Shown here piece by piece: positions 7,030-15,725 of a stretch of 41,108 nt of DNA. The notes below the pieces were generated by a model. It was not told where the DNA came from. It saw only the letters and a list, made by a program, of their open reading frames with translations, and did not search any database. Position 1 is the stretch's first letter; each line of letters begins with the position of its first letter. The DNA is taken from positions 1-41,108 of the IMG/VR virus record IMGVR_UViG_3300037461_000586. One strand, 5' to 3'. A program made the translations under genes and the position numbers. The stretch is from a virus. Lineage: Duplodnaviria > Caudoviricetes.

Positions 7030-8000
7030 AGCGGTTGTTCTGGCCTTTCGTGCTCATTGCTTGGCTCACCGTGATCCTGTTCGCATGGTCCGGTTCGGCT
7101 CATGCAGCGGGTTGTTGTTGCTGTTCTGGCGCTGATTGCAGTCCGAACCCGCAATGCACCGACGACGTGGCAACCGCAACGGCGTGCATCGCTGTGTGCG
7201 AGGGGGAGGGCGAAGACTGCGAAGTGACAGCCTTCAACAGCGGTCTCACCTGCGTTTCGGGATGCGGGGGAAGCTATGCGACTCCCACGAGCACCCCGAC
7301 AAGTACGCCAACGGACACTCCGACTTCCACGCCAACGGACACGCCGACCGAAACGCCAACCATCACCGACACTCCCACCGAAACTCCGACCGAAACCCCG
7401 ACTGACACCCCGACCGAGACGCCTACATACACTCCGACCGACACGCCAACCGACACCCCGACCATAACGGAGACGCCGACCGAGACTCCGACTGACACCC
7501 CCACCGACACGCCGACGCAGACCCCAACGGCTACCTTTACCCGGACGCCGACCCACACTTTCACCCATACGCCAACGGTGACGAACACGCCGATTCACTC
7601 GAACACGCCTACCCTGACGCCTACGCCGGCCCGTCTGGTGGGGATGCTCATGTACCGCGAGGTATGCGCAACCCCGACGTGCATCAGCACGCGAACCTAC
7701 CAGCACCAAGAGGCCGATCGTGCTCGTTTTGGTCAAGGTGGCGGGGTGAAAACCGTCCAGGTCAACGTGGAGCGGTCGGACCCCAACGACACCATCAGCA
7801 TCCAGGCGGAGTGCCAGGGTGCTCCCGGTACGTTCAGTCCGTGGGTCGTCATGGGAACTGCCTTGACAGACACCGGCAAGATCGAAGAAGACGCCTGGTG
7901 TGAAAACGTCAGGCTCAATGTGACGGCTGAGAGTTGTGTCGATCCGAACAGTTGTCCAGCCGTTTCCGGTTGGGTCTCAGTCGATCCGCCCGTTGACTGA
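7026..8000 (+). CDS. secreted Cys-rich protein with Thr-Pro mucin-like linker and C-terminal beta domain
   Basis: Signal peptide ending AHA-A; N-terminal Cys domain paralogous to 6769-7029; TPT repeats; coupled to the portal ATG (TGATG). Confidence 0.85.
   Translation: MKRLFWPFVLIAWLTVILFAWSGSAHAAGCCCCSGADCSPNPQCTDDVATATACIAVCEGEGEDCEVTAFNSGLTCVSGCGGSYATPTSTPTSTPTDTPTSTPTDTPTETPTITDTPTETPTETPTDTPTETPTYTPTDTPTDTPTITETPTETPTDTPTDTPTQTPTATFTRTPTHTFTHTPTVTNTPIHSNTPTLTPTPARLVGMLMYREVCATPTCISTRTYQHQEADRARFGQGGGVKTVQVNVERSDPNDTISIQAECQGAPGTFSPWVVMGTALTDTGKIEEDAWCENVRLNVTAESCVDPNSCPAVSGWVSVDPPVD
7281..7627 (+). repeat. Thr-Pro (TPTx) coding repeat
   Basis: [15 protein letters not shown]... with diversified synonymous codons. 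Confidence 0.9.
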
Positions 8001-9859
8001 TGGAACAAGACGGCAGCCAGGTTCTCGCTCCTGTGGGGGATCGTCTTTCGCAAGAAGACGACCCCCGCAAGCGAGCGGAACGGTTCAAGCGGTGGTTTGA
8101 AGAGTCCCATCGCACGTTCTCGAACTGGAGAGAGAAGGCGATCGAGTCGTACAAGTTCGTGTCCGGGGATCAGTGGTCGGACAGCGACCGGGAGAAGTTG
8201 CAGCGCCAGAAGCGCCCTGCGCTCGTCATCAACAAGATTCTGAGTCCGGTGATGTTTCTCCTAGGCGTGCAGCGTCAGCAGCGCCAGGAACCGAAGATCC
8301 TGCCCTTCGAGGCGTCCGACGTGCGACCGGCAGAGCTGATGAGCGCCCTGTACAAGTGGAGTTCGACGCGCTGCCGCGAAGATGTCGTTGATTCTGCGGT
8401 CTTCTCCGACAAGATCATCACGGGCCTGGGCTACTGGAAGGTCCGCTTGAACTTCGACCAGTCGCCAGAGGGCGAGATTTGGTGGGAGCGGCTGTCTCCG
8501 CTGGCTGTCTTTCCCGATCCGAACTTCCTCGACGGGGGCTGGGAGTCGGCTTCCTATGCGATCCACGCGACCTGGTGGACGCTCGACGAAGCGATGGAGC
8601 GATGGCCCGACCATGCGGAGGCCCTTGAGCGCCGTCACGGGGAGTGGCTCGCCTGCGGAGCCTCGACGAACGTCTCCTTCGGCGGCGGTGAGGAAGCGGG
8701 CGATTCGCTGGCCGGCGACCGGCTGTTCTGGGACAAGGACACGCAGCGCATTCGCATCCTGGAGGTCTGGTACAAGCAGCGCGTTCCGACGCAGGTTGCA
8801 GTCAACCAGCAGACCGGCGATGTGATCTCCGATAGGTCCGAGATCGCCATGCTCATGCAGCAACCGCAGCCCGGGGTGTCGATTGCCGAGCGCATGGTGA
8901 CGGGCATTCGCGTAGCCCACGTCCTCGACGAGATCCTCCTCGACGACGAGGAGTCACCCTACCGCGAGCAAGTCCTGCCGATCTTCTCGACGATGGGATA
9001 TTACTTCTGGAAGACCCCGTTCGGCATTGTCGAGCCGATGAAGGATCCGCAGCGGGAGAAGAACCGCCGCAGGTCAACCATGGTCGAGATGGTGCAGCGG
9101 TCGAGCCTGTCAGGCTTCTTCAACAAGCGCGAGGGCGGAGCCCGCAACGAGGACATCAAGGAGTACGGTGCCGGAAGCGGGCTGGTCATCAACTACGACA
9201 ACACCCCACCGCAGCAGATCAGCCCACCTGAGCTTCCTCAAACGCTCGTGTTTCTCGACGCCAGAGCCGACCAAGAACTGCGGGATGTGACGAACATCCA
9301 CAACGAAATGCTGGGCAACACCTCGCAGCGGTTCGTCTCGGGGCGTGCTATCGAGGCGCGGCAGAGATCCGGTCTGACCGTGCAGGAGCCGCTGCTCGAA
9401 TCCTTCGTACAGGACAAGGAGCCCGCGGTCAGGTTCGCCATTTCGCTCATCCAGCAATTCATGACCGTGCCTACCGCACTGCGCATTCTCGGGAACATCG
9501 TGGCGAGGAACCCGGAGATCCCCGTTGCCGGCGTCATCGTCGAGACCCCCTACGAGGAGCTGCGGAAGCTGCTTTCCGAGACCTTCGTCGCCCGCTACGA
9601 TGCGGTGGTGGGAACCAAGCCCTTCGAGCCTTCGATCCAGGTTCAGCGATGGAACGTGCTGGCCGAGCTGGCCCAAACCTACCAGGGGCAGATTCCGCCC
9701 GACGTGCTGGTCGAAGCGGCCAGGGATGCTGGGCTCCTCAGTGAATCTGCCGCGGCCCGGACCCTGGCGCACGTCCAGAAGTTGCAGGCATTCCAAGACG
9801 CAACGGCAATGGCTGGAGCCCAGACCGGATCTGGAGTGCCAGCGGAGGCAATATCCTGA
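8000..9859 (+). CDS. portal protein (P22-like family)
   Basis: GDQWS...KRPALVINKI, GLGYWKV, PMKDPQREKNRRRS and SGRAIEARQ motifs; 619 aa; position after TerL. Confidence 0.9.
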   Translation: MEQDGSQVLAPVGDRLSQEDDPRKRAERFKRWFEESHRTFSNWREKAIESYKFVSGDQWSDSDREKLQRQKRPALVINKILSPVMFLLGVQRQQRQEPKILPFEASDVRPAELMSALYKWSSTRCREDVVDSAVFSDKIITGLGYWKVRLNFDQSPEGEIWWERLSPLAVFPDPNFLDGGWESASYAIHATWWTLDEAMERWPDHAEALERRHGEWLACGASTNVSFGGGEEAGDSLAGDRLFWDKDTQRIRILEVWYKQRVPTQVAVNQQTGDVISDRSEIAMLMQQPQPGVSIAERMVTGIRVAHVLDEILLDDEESPYREQVLPIFSTMGYYFWKTPFGIVEPMKDPQREKNRRRSTMVEMVQRSSLSGFFNKREGGARNEDIKEYGAGSGLVINYDNTPPQQISPPELPQTLVFLDARADQELRDVTNIHNEMLGNTSQRFVSGRAIEARQRSGLTVQEPLLESFVQDKEPAVRFAISLIQQFMTVPTALRILGNIVARNPEIPVAGVIVETPYEELRKLLSETFVARYDAVVGTKPFEPSIQVQRWNVLAELAQTYQGQIPPDVLVEAARDAGLLSESAAARTLAHVQKLQAFQDATAMAGAQTGSGVPAEAIS

Positions 9860-10287
9860 TGGGAACCTTCGGCCCGAGAAAACCGCAGCCACCTCCCCAG
9901 AAGATCCCCCTTGGGCAACAGGTTGAGTTTGCGGGGCAGCAACGGCAACGAATCCATCAAGCACTCACCGGAGCCGACCCAAACTTACCTGACATGAACG
10001 TCTCTGACCTAGTTGGGGCAACAGCCTATAACCTCAATCGTCCATCTGCGGCGATTCGCACAAGGCCAATGCAACCGACAGCCGGTATGCTGCAATCCCC
10101 CGCACCCCTACCGCAGCTTGCCGCGACAGTTCCGATGCCAGCCCCGCAGCCTGCCCCGATGACTCCCATCCAGCAGCAAGTCCAGTATGCCGGCGGCACG
10201 CAGCAGGCGATCGACGATGCCATGAACGCCCCAGGCGTGACCATTGCCGAGCTGGTCCGCCGCATCGCCAACCGTCCAAAGTTCTAG
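9859..10287 (+). CDS. Pro/Gln-rich hypothetical protein
   Basis: Coupled to the portal stop; GGAGG SD. Confidence 0.65.
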   Translation: MGTFGPRKPQPPPQKIPLGQQVEFAGQQRQRIHQALTGADPNLPDMNVSDLVGATAYNLNRPSAAIRTRPMQPTAGMLQSPAPLPQLAATVPMPAPQPAPMTPIQQQVQYAGGTQQAIDDAMNAPGVTIAELVRRIANRPKF

Positions 10288-10294
10288 CTCCACC

Positions 10295-10390
10295 TCAAAC
10301 GTCGTTTCTCAAACAGCGTTGCATCTCTTGACAAGGGATGTGGTTTCGTTCTATTGCGCGAACCAGGGTTTGCAAAACACGGTTTGCGCG
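10295..10390 (+). promoter_or_regulatory. putative promoter for head genes with AAC-N3-GTT sites
   Basis: TTGACA at 10328-10333, TATTGC at 18-bp spacing; three AAC-N3-GTT palindromes (10298, 10312, 10376). Confidence 0.5.
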
Positions 10391-11248
10391 ATGCCAGAAG
10401 AGGCAGACGGAATCGAGGCTGGACAGGATTCAGGGGTTAGATTCGAGATCGACCTCGAATCCGAAGCGCCGGCCCCGCTCGATGCCACCTCCCCGGTGAC
10501 GCCGCAGGGGCAGGACACTGCGTTCCACCCGCAGAGCCTCCCCTCGCCTGCTCCTGCGGCAGGTTGGGAAGACCGCTACCAGGCGCTCGAACGCGACTTC
10601 CAGTATCTTCAATCCCAGATCTCGCCGATCCTCCAGTACCAGCAGCAGCAGTTCGTGGCTTCTAACAGGCCACCGCGGACCCTGGAGGAGATTCAGAACG
10701 ATCCAAGTGCCACGGCAAAGGATCTCGTCGAGTACGTCAACTGGCTGAACGATCAGCGCCTCACGCAGATGCAGGCGCAGATGCAGAACGAGGCGATTCG
10801 CGCCTCTTCCACGCAGCGTATTCGGGGCCTCCTAACGCAGGAAAACCTCGGTGTACCCGGCTGGGAGTACGATGCCCTGGTTGCCAAGCATGTTGCTCCC
10901 CTGGTCCGACAGAACCAGTGGGTGCGACAGGCAATCCAGGCCGCTTCACCCCAAGACCCTGCGGTGGGCGAGTACATCCTCGGCGTGATCGCCGAACTTT
11001 CGCAGCGCAACAACGGAGACATCGTGAAAACGATGCGCTCGATCTCTAACGCACTCGCGGCTGAACAGCGCGGGGCGCGTGAAGTCGCCTCGCGGATCAC
11101 CGAGGCGCAACGACAACAGGCGCAACGTGTCGTCCCGGGTTCCTTCCCGGGCATGGCACAGACCCGCCGCCTATCGGCGCAGGACATCGCCGGCATGAGC
11201 GATGCCGACTTTGACCGCCTCGACCGGCAGGTGAGCGGAGGATTCTAG
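10391..11248 (+). CDS. capsid scaffolding protein
   Basis: Acidic/Pro-rich N-terminus, coiled coil, C-terminal DIAGMSDADFDRL motif; directly upstream of the major capsid gene. Confidence 0.8.
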   Translation: MPEEADGIEAGQDSGVRFEIDLESEAPAPLDATSPVTPQGQDTAFHPQSLPSPAPAAGWEDRYQALERDFQYLQSQISPILQYQQQQFVASNRPPRTLEEIQNDPSATAKDLVEYVNWLNDQRLTQMQAQMQNEAIRASSTQRIRGLLTQENLGVPGWEYDALVAKHVAPLVRQNQWVRQAIQAASPQDPAVGEYILGVIAELSQRNNGDIVKTMRSISNALAAEQRGAREVASRITEAQRQQAQRVVPGSFPGMAQTRRLSAQDIAGMSDADFDRLDRQVSGGF

Positions 11249-11258
11249 GAGGCAGAAC

Positions 11259-12275
11259 ATGGGCGTTCTCACTTCGTCATCCACGGTCCCACCGGCAGTG
11301 TCGAGCTACTTCGACAGGAAGTTGCTGCGACGTGCCTTGCCGATGCTCCATCACGGTAGGGTCGCGCAGAGACGGCCTCTGTCGATGCGCAGCGGCAACA
11401 CGATGGTCTTCCGCAAGATCTCCGCGCTGTCGCTGGCGTTGACGCCGCTTGTCGAGGGTGTGCCCCCAGCCGGGAAGCAGCTCTCGAAGAGCGACATCTC
11501 CGTGACTATCCAGCAGTGGGGCGACTACATCACCCTCACCGACCTGGTGCAGGCAACCGTCGAGCACCCCATCTTGCAGGATTCCAACCGAGTCCTCGGC
11601 GAGCAGGCCGGCCAGACCATCGACGCCCTGATCCGAGACGTGGCGTGCGCGGGAACCTCCTGCCACTTCACGAATGCCGCTTCGATCACCCTGCGGACGC
11701 AGATCTCGACGACGACCGACAAGGTGTCAACGGCATTGCTGGATCGGATGATTCGCGAGCTGAACATCAACAACGCTCGCCGCTTCACAGAGCTGATCCA
11801 GGCGAGCACGCGGGTCAGTACGGCAGGTATCCGGCCCGCCTTCTGGGCGATCACAAGCCCCGAAGTCCTGTTCACCTTGGAAAGCTTGAGTGGCTGGAAG
11901 CCGATCGAGCAGTACGCCAGCAATGGCCCCGTCCTGGAAGGAGAGGCTGGTGCGTACCATGACATGCGCTTCCTCATCACGACCCAGGCCAAGATCTACC
12001 TGGGCGGCGGAACCACAGCATCCGGCGATGTGCGGGACACCGGGGGCGTGTGCGACGTGCATACGATCCTGGCCTTCGGGACCGATGCCATCGGAAGCGT
12101 GCCTCTGGAAGGCGCGTCCCTCAAGAACATTATCAAGCCGCTCGGTTCCGGTGGAGTGGCTGATCCACTGAACCAGATCGCCACGAGCGGCTGGATCCAT
12201 ACCGGGGCGCGCAAGCGTCTCGAAGAGCTGTTCATGACTCGCGCCGAAGTGTCCGCGGGCAAGAACGCCCCGTAA
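11259..12275 (+). CDS. major capsid protein, N4-gp56 family
   Basis: AGGAGG SD; YFDRKLLRRA, PLVEGVPP, QWGDYITLTD, LGEQAGQTID, GEAG and KPLGSGGVADPLNQ...GW motifs. Confidence 0.93.
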   Translation: MGVLTSSSTVPPAVSSYFDRKLLRRALPMLHHGRVAQRRPLSMRSGNTMVFRKISALSLALTPLVEGVPPAGKQLSKSDISVTIQQWGDYITLTDLVQATVEHPILQDSNRVLGEQAGQTIDALIRDVACAGTSCHFTNAASITLRTQISTTTDKVSTALLDRMIRELNINNARRFTELIQASTRVSTAGIRPAFWAITSPEVLFTLESLSGWKPIEQYASNGPVLEGEAGAYHDMRFLITTQAKIYLGGGTTASGDVRDTGGVCDVHTILAFGTDAIGSVPLEGASLKNIIKPLGSGGVADPLNQIATSGWIHTGARKRLEELFMTRAEVSAGKNAP

Positions 12276-12302
12276 CGGGGTGCAAGGGAGAGGAGAGTCA
12301 AC

Positions 12303-12725
12303 ATGGTGAACGACATCGTTTGCTGCGAGTTCATCTCGAAGTCCTCGTCGGCGGGGATCGTCAACGTGGAGCTGGGCTTTGCTCCAGACTTCGCTGTCCT
12401 GATCACCAATCATGGGGGCACGAATCCCAACGTCTACTTCTGGGCGAACAACTCCCGGTGGTCGAACTGGGCCGCGGCTCTGGCTCTGCTCGTTACCGGA
12501 TCGACCGGGGTCATCACGAGGGAGACCAGTGGCCCGACCGTCTACGCGGGCGGCGACACGGTTGCTTCCGCGGAGACCGCGGACACAGCAGGCAAGCACG
12601 TTGACCTGACTGGCACTCCCGCGAGCGCCGGCCACATCACCGCTGCCGGCCTTGCCATTCCGGCTGCGCTGCAAACTGCCAGTGGCCGGAATTTCCTGTG
12701 GGCAGGTCGCGTCAACGCCGGCTGA
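12303..12725 (+). CDS. putative capsid-associated/decoration protein
   Basis: AGGAG SD; VELGFAPDFAVL motif; beta-rich; follows the major capsid gene. Confidence 0.65.
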   Translation: MVNDIVCCEFISKSSSAGIVNVELGFAPDFAVLITNHGGTNPNVYFWANNSRWSNWAAALALLVTGSTGVITRETSGPTVYAGGDTVASAETADTAGKHVDLTGTPASAGHITAAGLAIPAALQTASGRNFLWAGRVNAG

Positions 12726-12732
12726 TAGGTCG

Positions 12733-13383
12733 ATGGCGAAGCGTCCCGAAGTCGAAGTCAAGGATCTCCTCGCGGAGCACGAGCGGCTCCGGATTGCGGC
12801 GCAGCCGATCCTCGACGACGTGCGCCTCTCGAAGGGGCTCGAAGAGGAGGAGCGCGAAGAGGCCGCGGCCCGCGCTGCCGAGGAACGAGAACTGAACGAT
12901 CGGACGAGTAAAGTCGAGCGAGAGCTCGAACTGGTACGACAGCAGCTTCAGGAGTCCAACGAGTTCGTCCGCAAGCTCGCCATGCAGAACTTGAACGCAA
13001 ACCAGATGGCAGCGGAGCTTCTCGCCGACCAGGAGCGCAGGATGAACGGTCTGCGCTACGAGCGGATCAAGGCGCATGGCGGCTATGCCGTGATCATGCT
13101 TCACCAGCAGGAACACGGCAGTGACAACGGGCCGGTCTACGTCTCGGTCAACGGTGAGGGCGTGATGGTGCCCAGGGGTAAGCCGGTACGGCTGCACTAC
13201 AAGTACCTCGCGGCCTTGGACAATGCCGTCGTCGAGCAGCACGCACGAGAAGTAGACGGGCAGGGGAACCCCCACACGACGATTCGACGCTTCGTCTCGT
13301 ATCCGTACTCGGTGCTCGATGAGACTGGAGCTCAGGTCGTGGCGGAGCGGCTCGAGGCCGGAAGGGTGCTTCAAGCGGCATGA
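12733..13383 (+). CDS. conserved phage protein (coiled coil plus PVYVSVNG...VPRG domain)
   Basis: Motif PVYVSVNGEGVMVPRGKPV...LDNAV, which I recall near N4-gp56-type capsid genes. Confidence 0.7.
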   Translation: MAKRPEVEVKDLLAEHERLRIAAQPILDDVRLSKGLEEEEREEAAARAAEERELNDRTSKVERELELVRQQLQESNEFVRKLAMQNLNANQMAAELLADQERRMNGLRYERIKAHGGYAVIMLHQQEHGSDNGPVYVSVNGEGVMVPRGKPVRLHYKYLAALDNAVVEQHAREVDGQGNPHTTIRRFVSYPYSVLDETGAQVVAERLEAGRVLQAA

Positions 13384-13574
13384 CCAACGAACACGCAGTG
13401 TTTGTGCAGGGAACGAAAGAGGGTGGCAACGTCGCTGAGGACTGCCAGTTCAACCCGGCAGTGAGCGAGAAGCAACGCCGATTCATGGGAGCCGAGCTGG
13501 CCCGCAAGCGTGCTGGGGAACAGACAGAGACGGGCATGACGGAGCAGCAGCTCCGGGAGTTCGCACGGAGGTAA
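13380..13574 (+). CDS. DUF3008-like small basic protein
   Basis: PAVSEKQRRFMGAELARKRAG...GMTEQQLREFA. Confidence 0.6.
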   Translation: MTNEHAVFVQGTKEGGNVAEDCQFNPAVSEKQRRFMGAELARKRAGEQTETGMTEQQLREFARR

Positions 13575-13575
13575 C

Positions 13576-14145
13576 ATGACGCGATTGACGAAAGCATTTC
13601 TGGTCGCTGCCGTTTTGGCCTTTGGATCGAGCCAGGCCCAGGCTGGAACGATCTACTTCAACGCGGCAGCATTTGAGCCAGTCGAGACCGGCACTGGGGT
13701 AGCCTGCGCAAAGGAGTCAAAAAGTGGAGCGACCGCCTGGGATCACACCTACATCGTAGGTGCTTTTGACCCCAACTCGGATGAGGCGTGCGTGCTGCAC
13801 TTCTTCTGGCAGTCAGATATGCCGACGACGGGGAATGTCACTGTTAAGTACGAGGGTATCGCGCCATCCTCAAGTGGCAATGTAGAGATGAACATTAGTG
13901 TTGGGTGCTCAAGTACGGCTGGAACGGATCCGGGTATTGCTTATGGTACGGCTACTGCCCAACTTGATGAAGGCGTAAATGCTCTCGGTTATCAGGCATT
14001 CTCACATACTGTAGCCTTGCCCATAGATACTTACGCCCCGGCTGCGCACCGGTACTGTGCGCTCAAGATCAGGCGTGATGCAGACCATGGGGACGAGACT
14101 CTTGCCGTTGACCTAGACATTCGTGGTGTCTACATCTCCTATTAG
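13576..14145 (+). CDS. secreted beta-sandwich protein (phage fibre-tip-like domain)
   Basis: GGAGG SD; signal peptide ending AQA-G; IYFNAAAF...AFDPNSDE...LKIRRDA...IRGVYISY; 4 Cys. Confidence 0.8.
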   Translation: MTRLTKAFLVAAVLAFGSSQAQAGTIYFNAAAFEPVETGTGVACAKESKSGATAWDHTYIVGAFDPNSDEACVLHFFWQSDMPTTGNVTVKYEGIAPSSSGNVEMNISVGCSSTAGTDPGIAYGTATAQLDEGVNALGYQAFSHTVALPIDTYAPAAHRYCALKIRRDADHGDETLAVDLDIRGVYISY

Positions 14146-14158
14146 CCTTCTCGGATGA

Positions 14159-15307
14159 ATGAGCTCATGTCGCCTTGTTCCGGGAGCGGTTGTCTTCCTG
14201 CTCCTTTTGCCCCTGGGGGTTGACGCTCAAACAGCAACGCCGATCCCTACGCCGACCATCACCCCTGCCCTTGGTGGGCAGTACGTTCCAAATACAGCGA
14301 CAGTCACCCCAACCGGCACCAAGACAGGCACACCTACGCGTACTCCGACCGTCACGCAGACGCGGACGGTCACTAGCACGTCCACGATCACGCGCACCCC
14401 GACAGTCGCTCCTACTGTCGTAGAGCAGAAGTGTCTCGGGAGCGATTGGTCGAAGAACACGTCCACCCTGGAGAACATTCCAGGTCTTGCGGTTACGCGA
14501 GTCGTGACGCAGAGCGCGAACAGCTACTTCGCCCTGCTCCAAGCGGACATCCACAACACGCGGGCGGAGACCGTCCAGGTTGCCCTCAAGATCACAGAAT
14601 CTCCGACTGGCATTACCACCAGCCAGGTTGTCGATGTGAACCCTGGTGCGAACCGGGTTGTGCAGCTCCCGTACAAGTTTCTGAATCTCAGCCTGGGCAC
14701 GCACACCTTCACCCCGAGCGTGAACCAGGGATCGAGTGGTCCGCTCTACTACCAGTCAGACACGACCTGCCTGGGCGTCTGGGACGTGAGCTACGAGACC
14801 CAGATCATCAACCAGCTCCGCGAAATCTATTGGCCGGCTGCCGCTATGCAGTACGATGGAACGCACTGCACGCATCCGCAGGGTGGGTTGATCGACGGTT
14901 ATCATCGCTCCTGGTACATCATCTGCGAGGACAGCGCAGACTCATATCTATTCGGCGACATCAAGCTCCCGACCGTGTACGCCGACACGAACATCAGCTT
15001 CTCAATCGAGGGGCAGGAAATGTTCGGCAACACCGGAACGATCGCCTTTGAAGTCTGGGCCTACTGTGCCGGCGAGAACAAGGCGCACGGGGCTCCCTCT
15101 CTAAGTCCTTCCGCTGGCACCGCAACCGCAACAATCTCCGTAGCGCAGCCGACTCAGTGGAGCGCGGAGACCGGGGCGATCACGCCGACCGGCGACTGCG
15201 CCACGGATCCGCACCTGTACTGGTCGATCAGAGTTGACGCGGCGAACACGACGGTTGATATGTCCCAGCTTGCCATTCTGGGCGTGCGAGGCAACTGGAA
15301 CCCATGA
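14159..15307 (+). CDS. secreted Thr-rich protein with two beta domains
   Basis: Signal peptide ending VDA-Q; TPT tract; C-terminal domain IYWPAAAM...ILGVRG paralogous to 13576-14145. Confidence 0.8.
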   Translation: MSSCRLVPGAVVFLLLLPLGVDAQTATPIPTPTITPALGGQYVPNTATVTPTGTKTGTPTRTPTVTQTRTVTSTSTITRTPTVAPTVVEQKCLGSDWSKNTSTLENIPGLAVTRVVTQSANSYFALLQADIHNTRAETVQVALKITESPTGITTSQVVDVNPGANRVVQLPYKFLNLSLGTHTFTPSVNQGSSGPLYYQSDTTCLGVWDVSYETQIINQLREIYWPAAAMQYDGTHCTHPQGGLIDGYHRSWYIICEDSADSYLFGDIKLPTVYADTNISFSIEGQEMFGNTGTIAFEVWAYCAGENKAHGAPSLSPSAGTATATISVAQPTQWSAETGAITPTGDCATDPHLYWSIRVDAANTTVDMSQLAILGVRGNWNP

Positions 15308-15534
15308 GATCGGTTGTGCTTGCACTGCTTCTGGCCGGATGCGCTCCGACCGTTAGGGTTGAGTTTGCTCCTCGGGAAGATCCCGTAGCCGTGGTCGAGT
15401 GGCGCAAGAAGATCAGCGAACGGGTCAACGATCACGATTCACGCATTGATAAACTGGAGGTGTTGCATGGCAGATCCGATCCAGCCCCCGCAAAGCAGTC
15501 CCTCGACGACGACACCGGGCATCAGAACAAGTGA
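15304..15534 (+). CDS. lipoprotein (possible o-spanin)
   Basis: Canonical lipobox MRSVVLALLLAG-C; short coiled coil; overlaps the holin-like gene. Confidence 0.7.
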   Translation: MRSVVLALLLAGCAPTVRVEFAPREDPVAVVEWRKKISERVNDHDSRIDKLEVLHGRSDPAPAKQSLDDDTGHQNK

Positions 15535-15673
15535 GTTCTGGCTGACCATCCTCGGATCGGTCATTGGCATGGTAGGGCAATACCAGGGCGTGATCCCCGA
15601 GCCATGGGGTACTGTGACAGCCACGATTCTAACCGCAGTTTACACGATCGCCCGCACGATCCTGAAGAAGTAG
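15467..15673 (+). CDS. putative holin (2 TM)
   Basis: GGAGG SD; [11 protein letters not shown] motif, two TM helices and basic C-terminus ([10 protein letters not shown]). Confidence 0.65.
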   Translation: MADPIQPPQSSPSTTTPGIRTSEFWLTILGSVIGMVGQYQGVIPEPWGTVTATILTAVYTIARTILKK

Positions 15674-15725
15674 CCGGCCCAACTGTTGCGCGTTGAGCTG
15701 GCCGAACACGGAACTGCGGAGTGGG

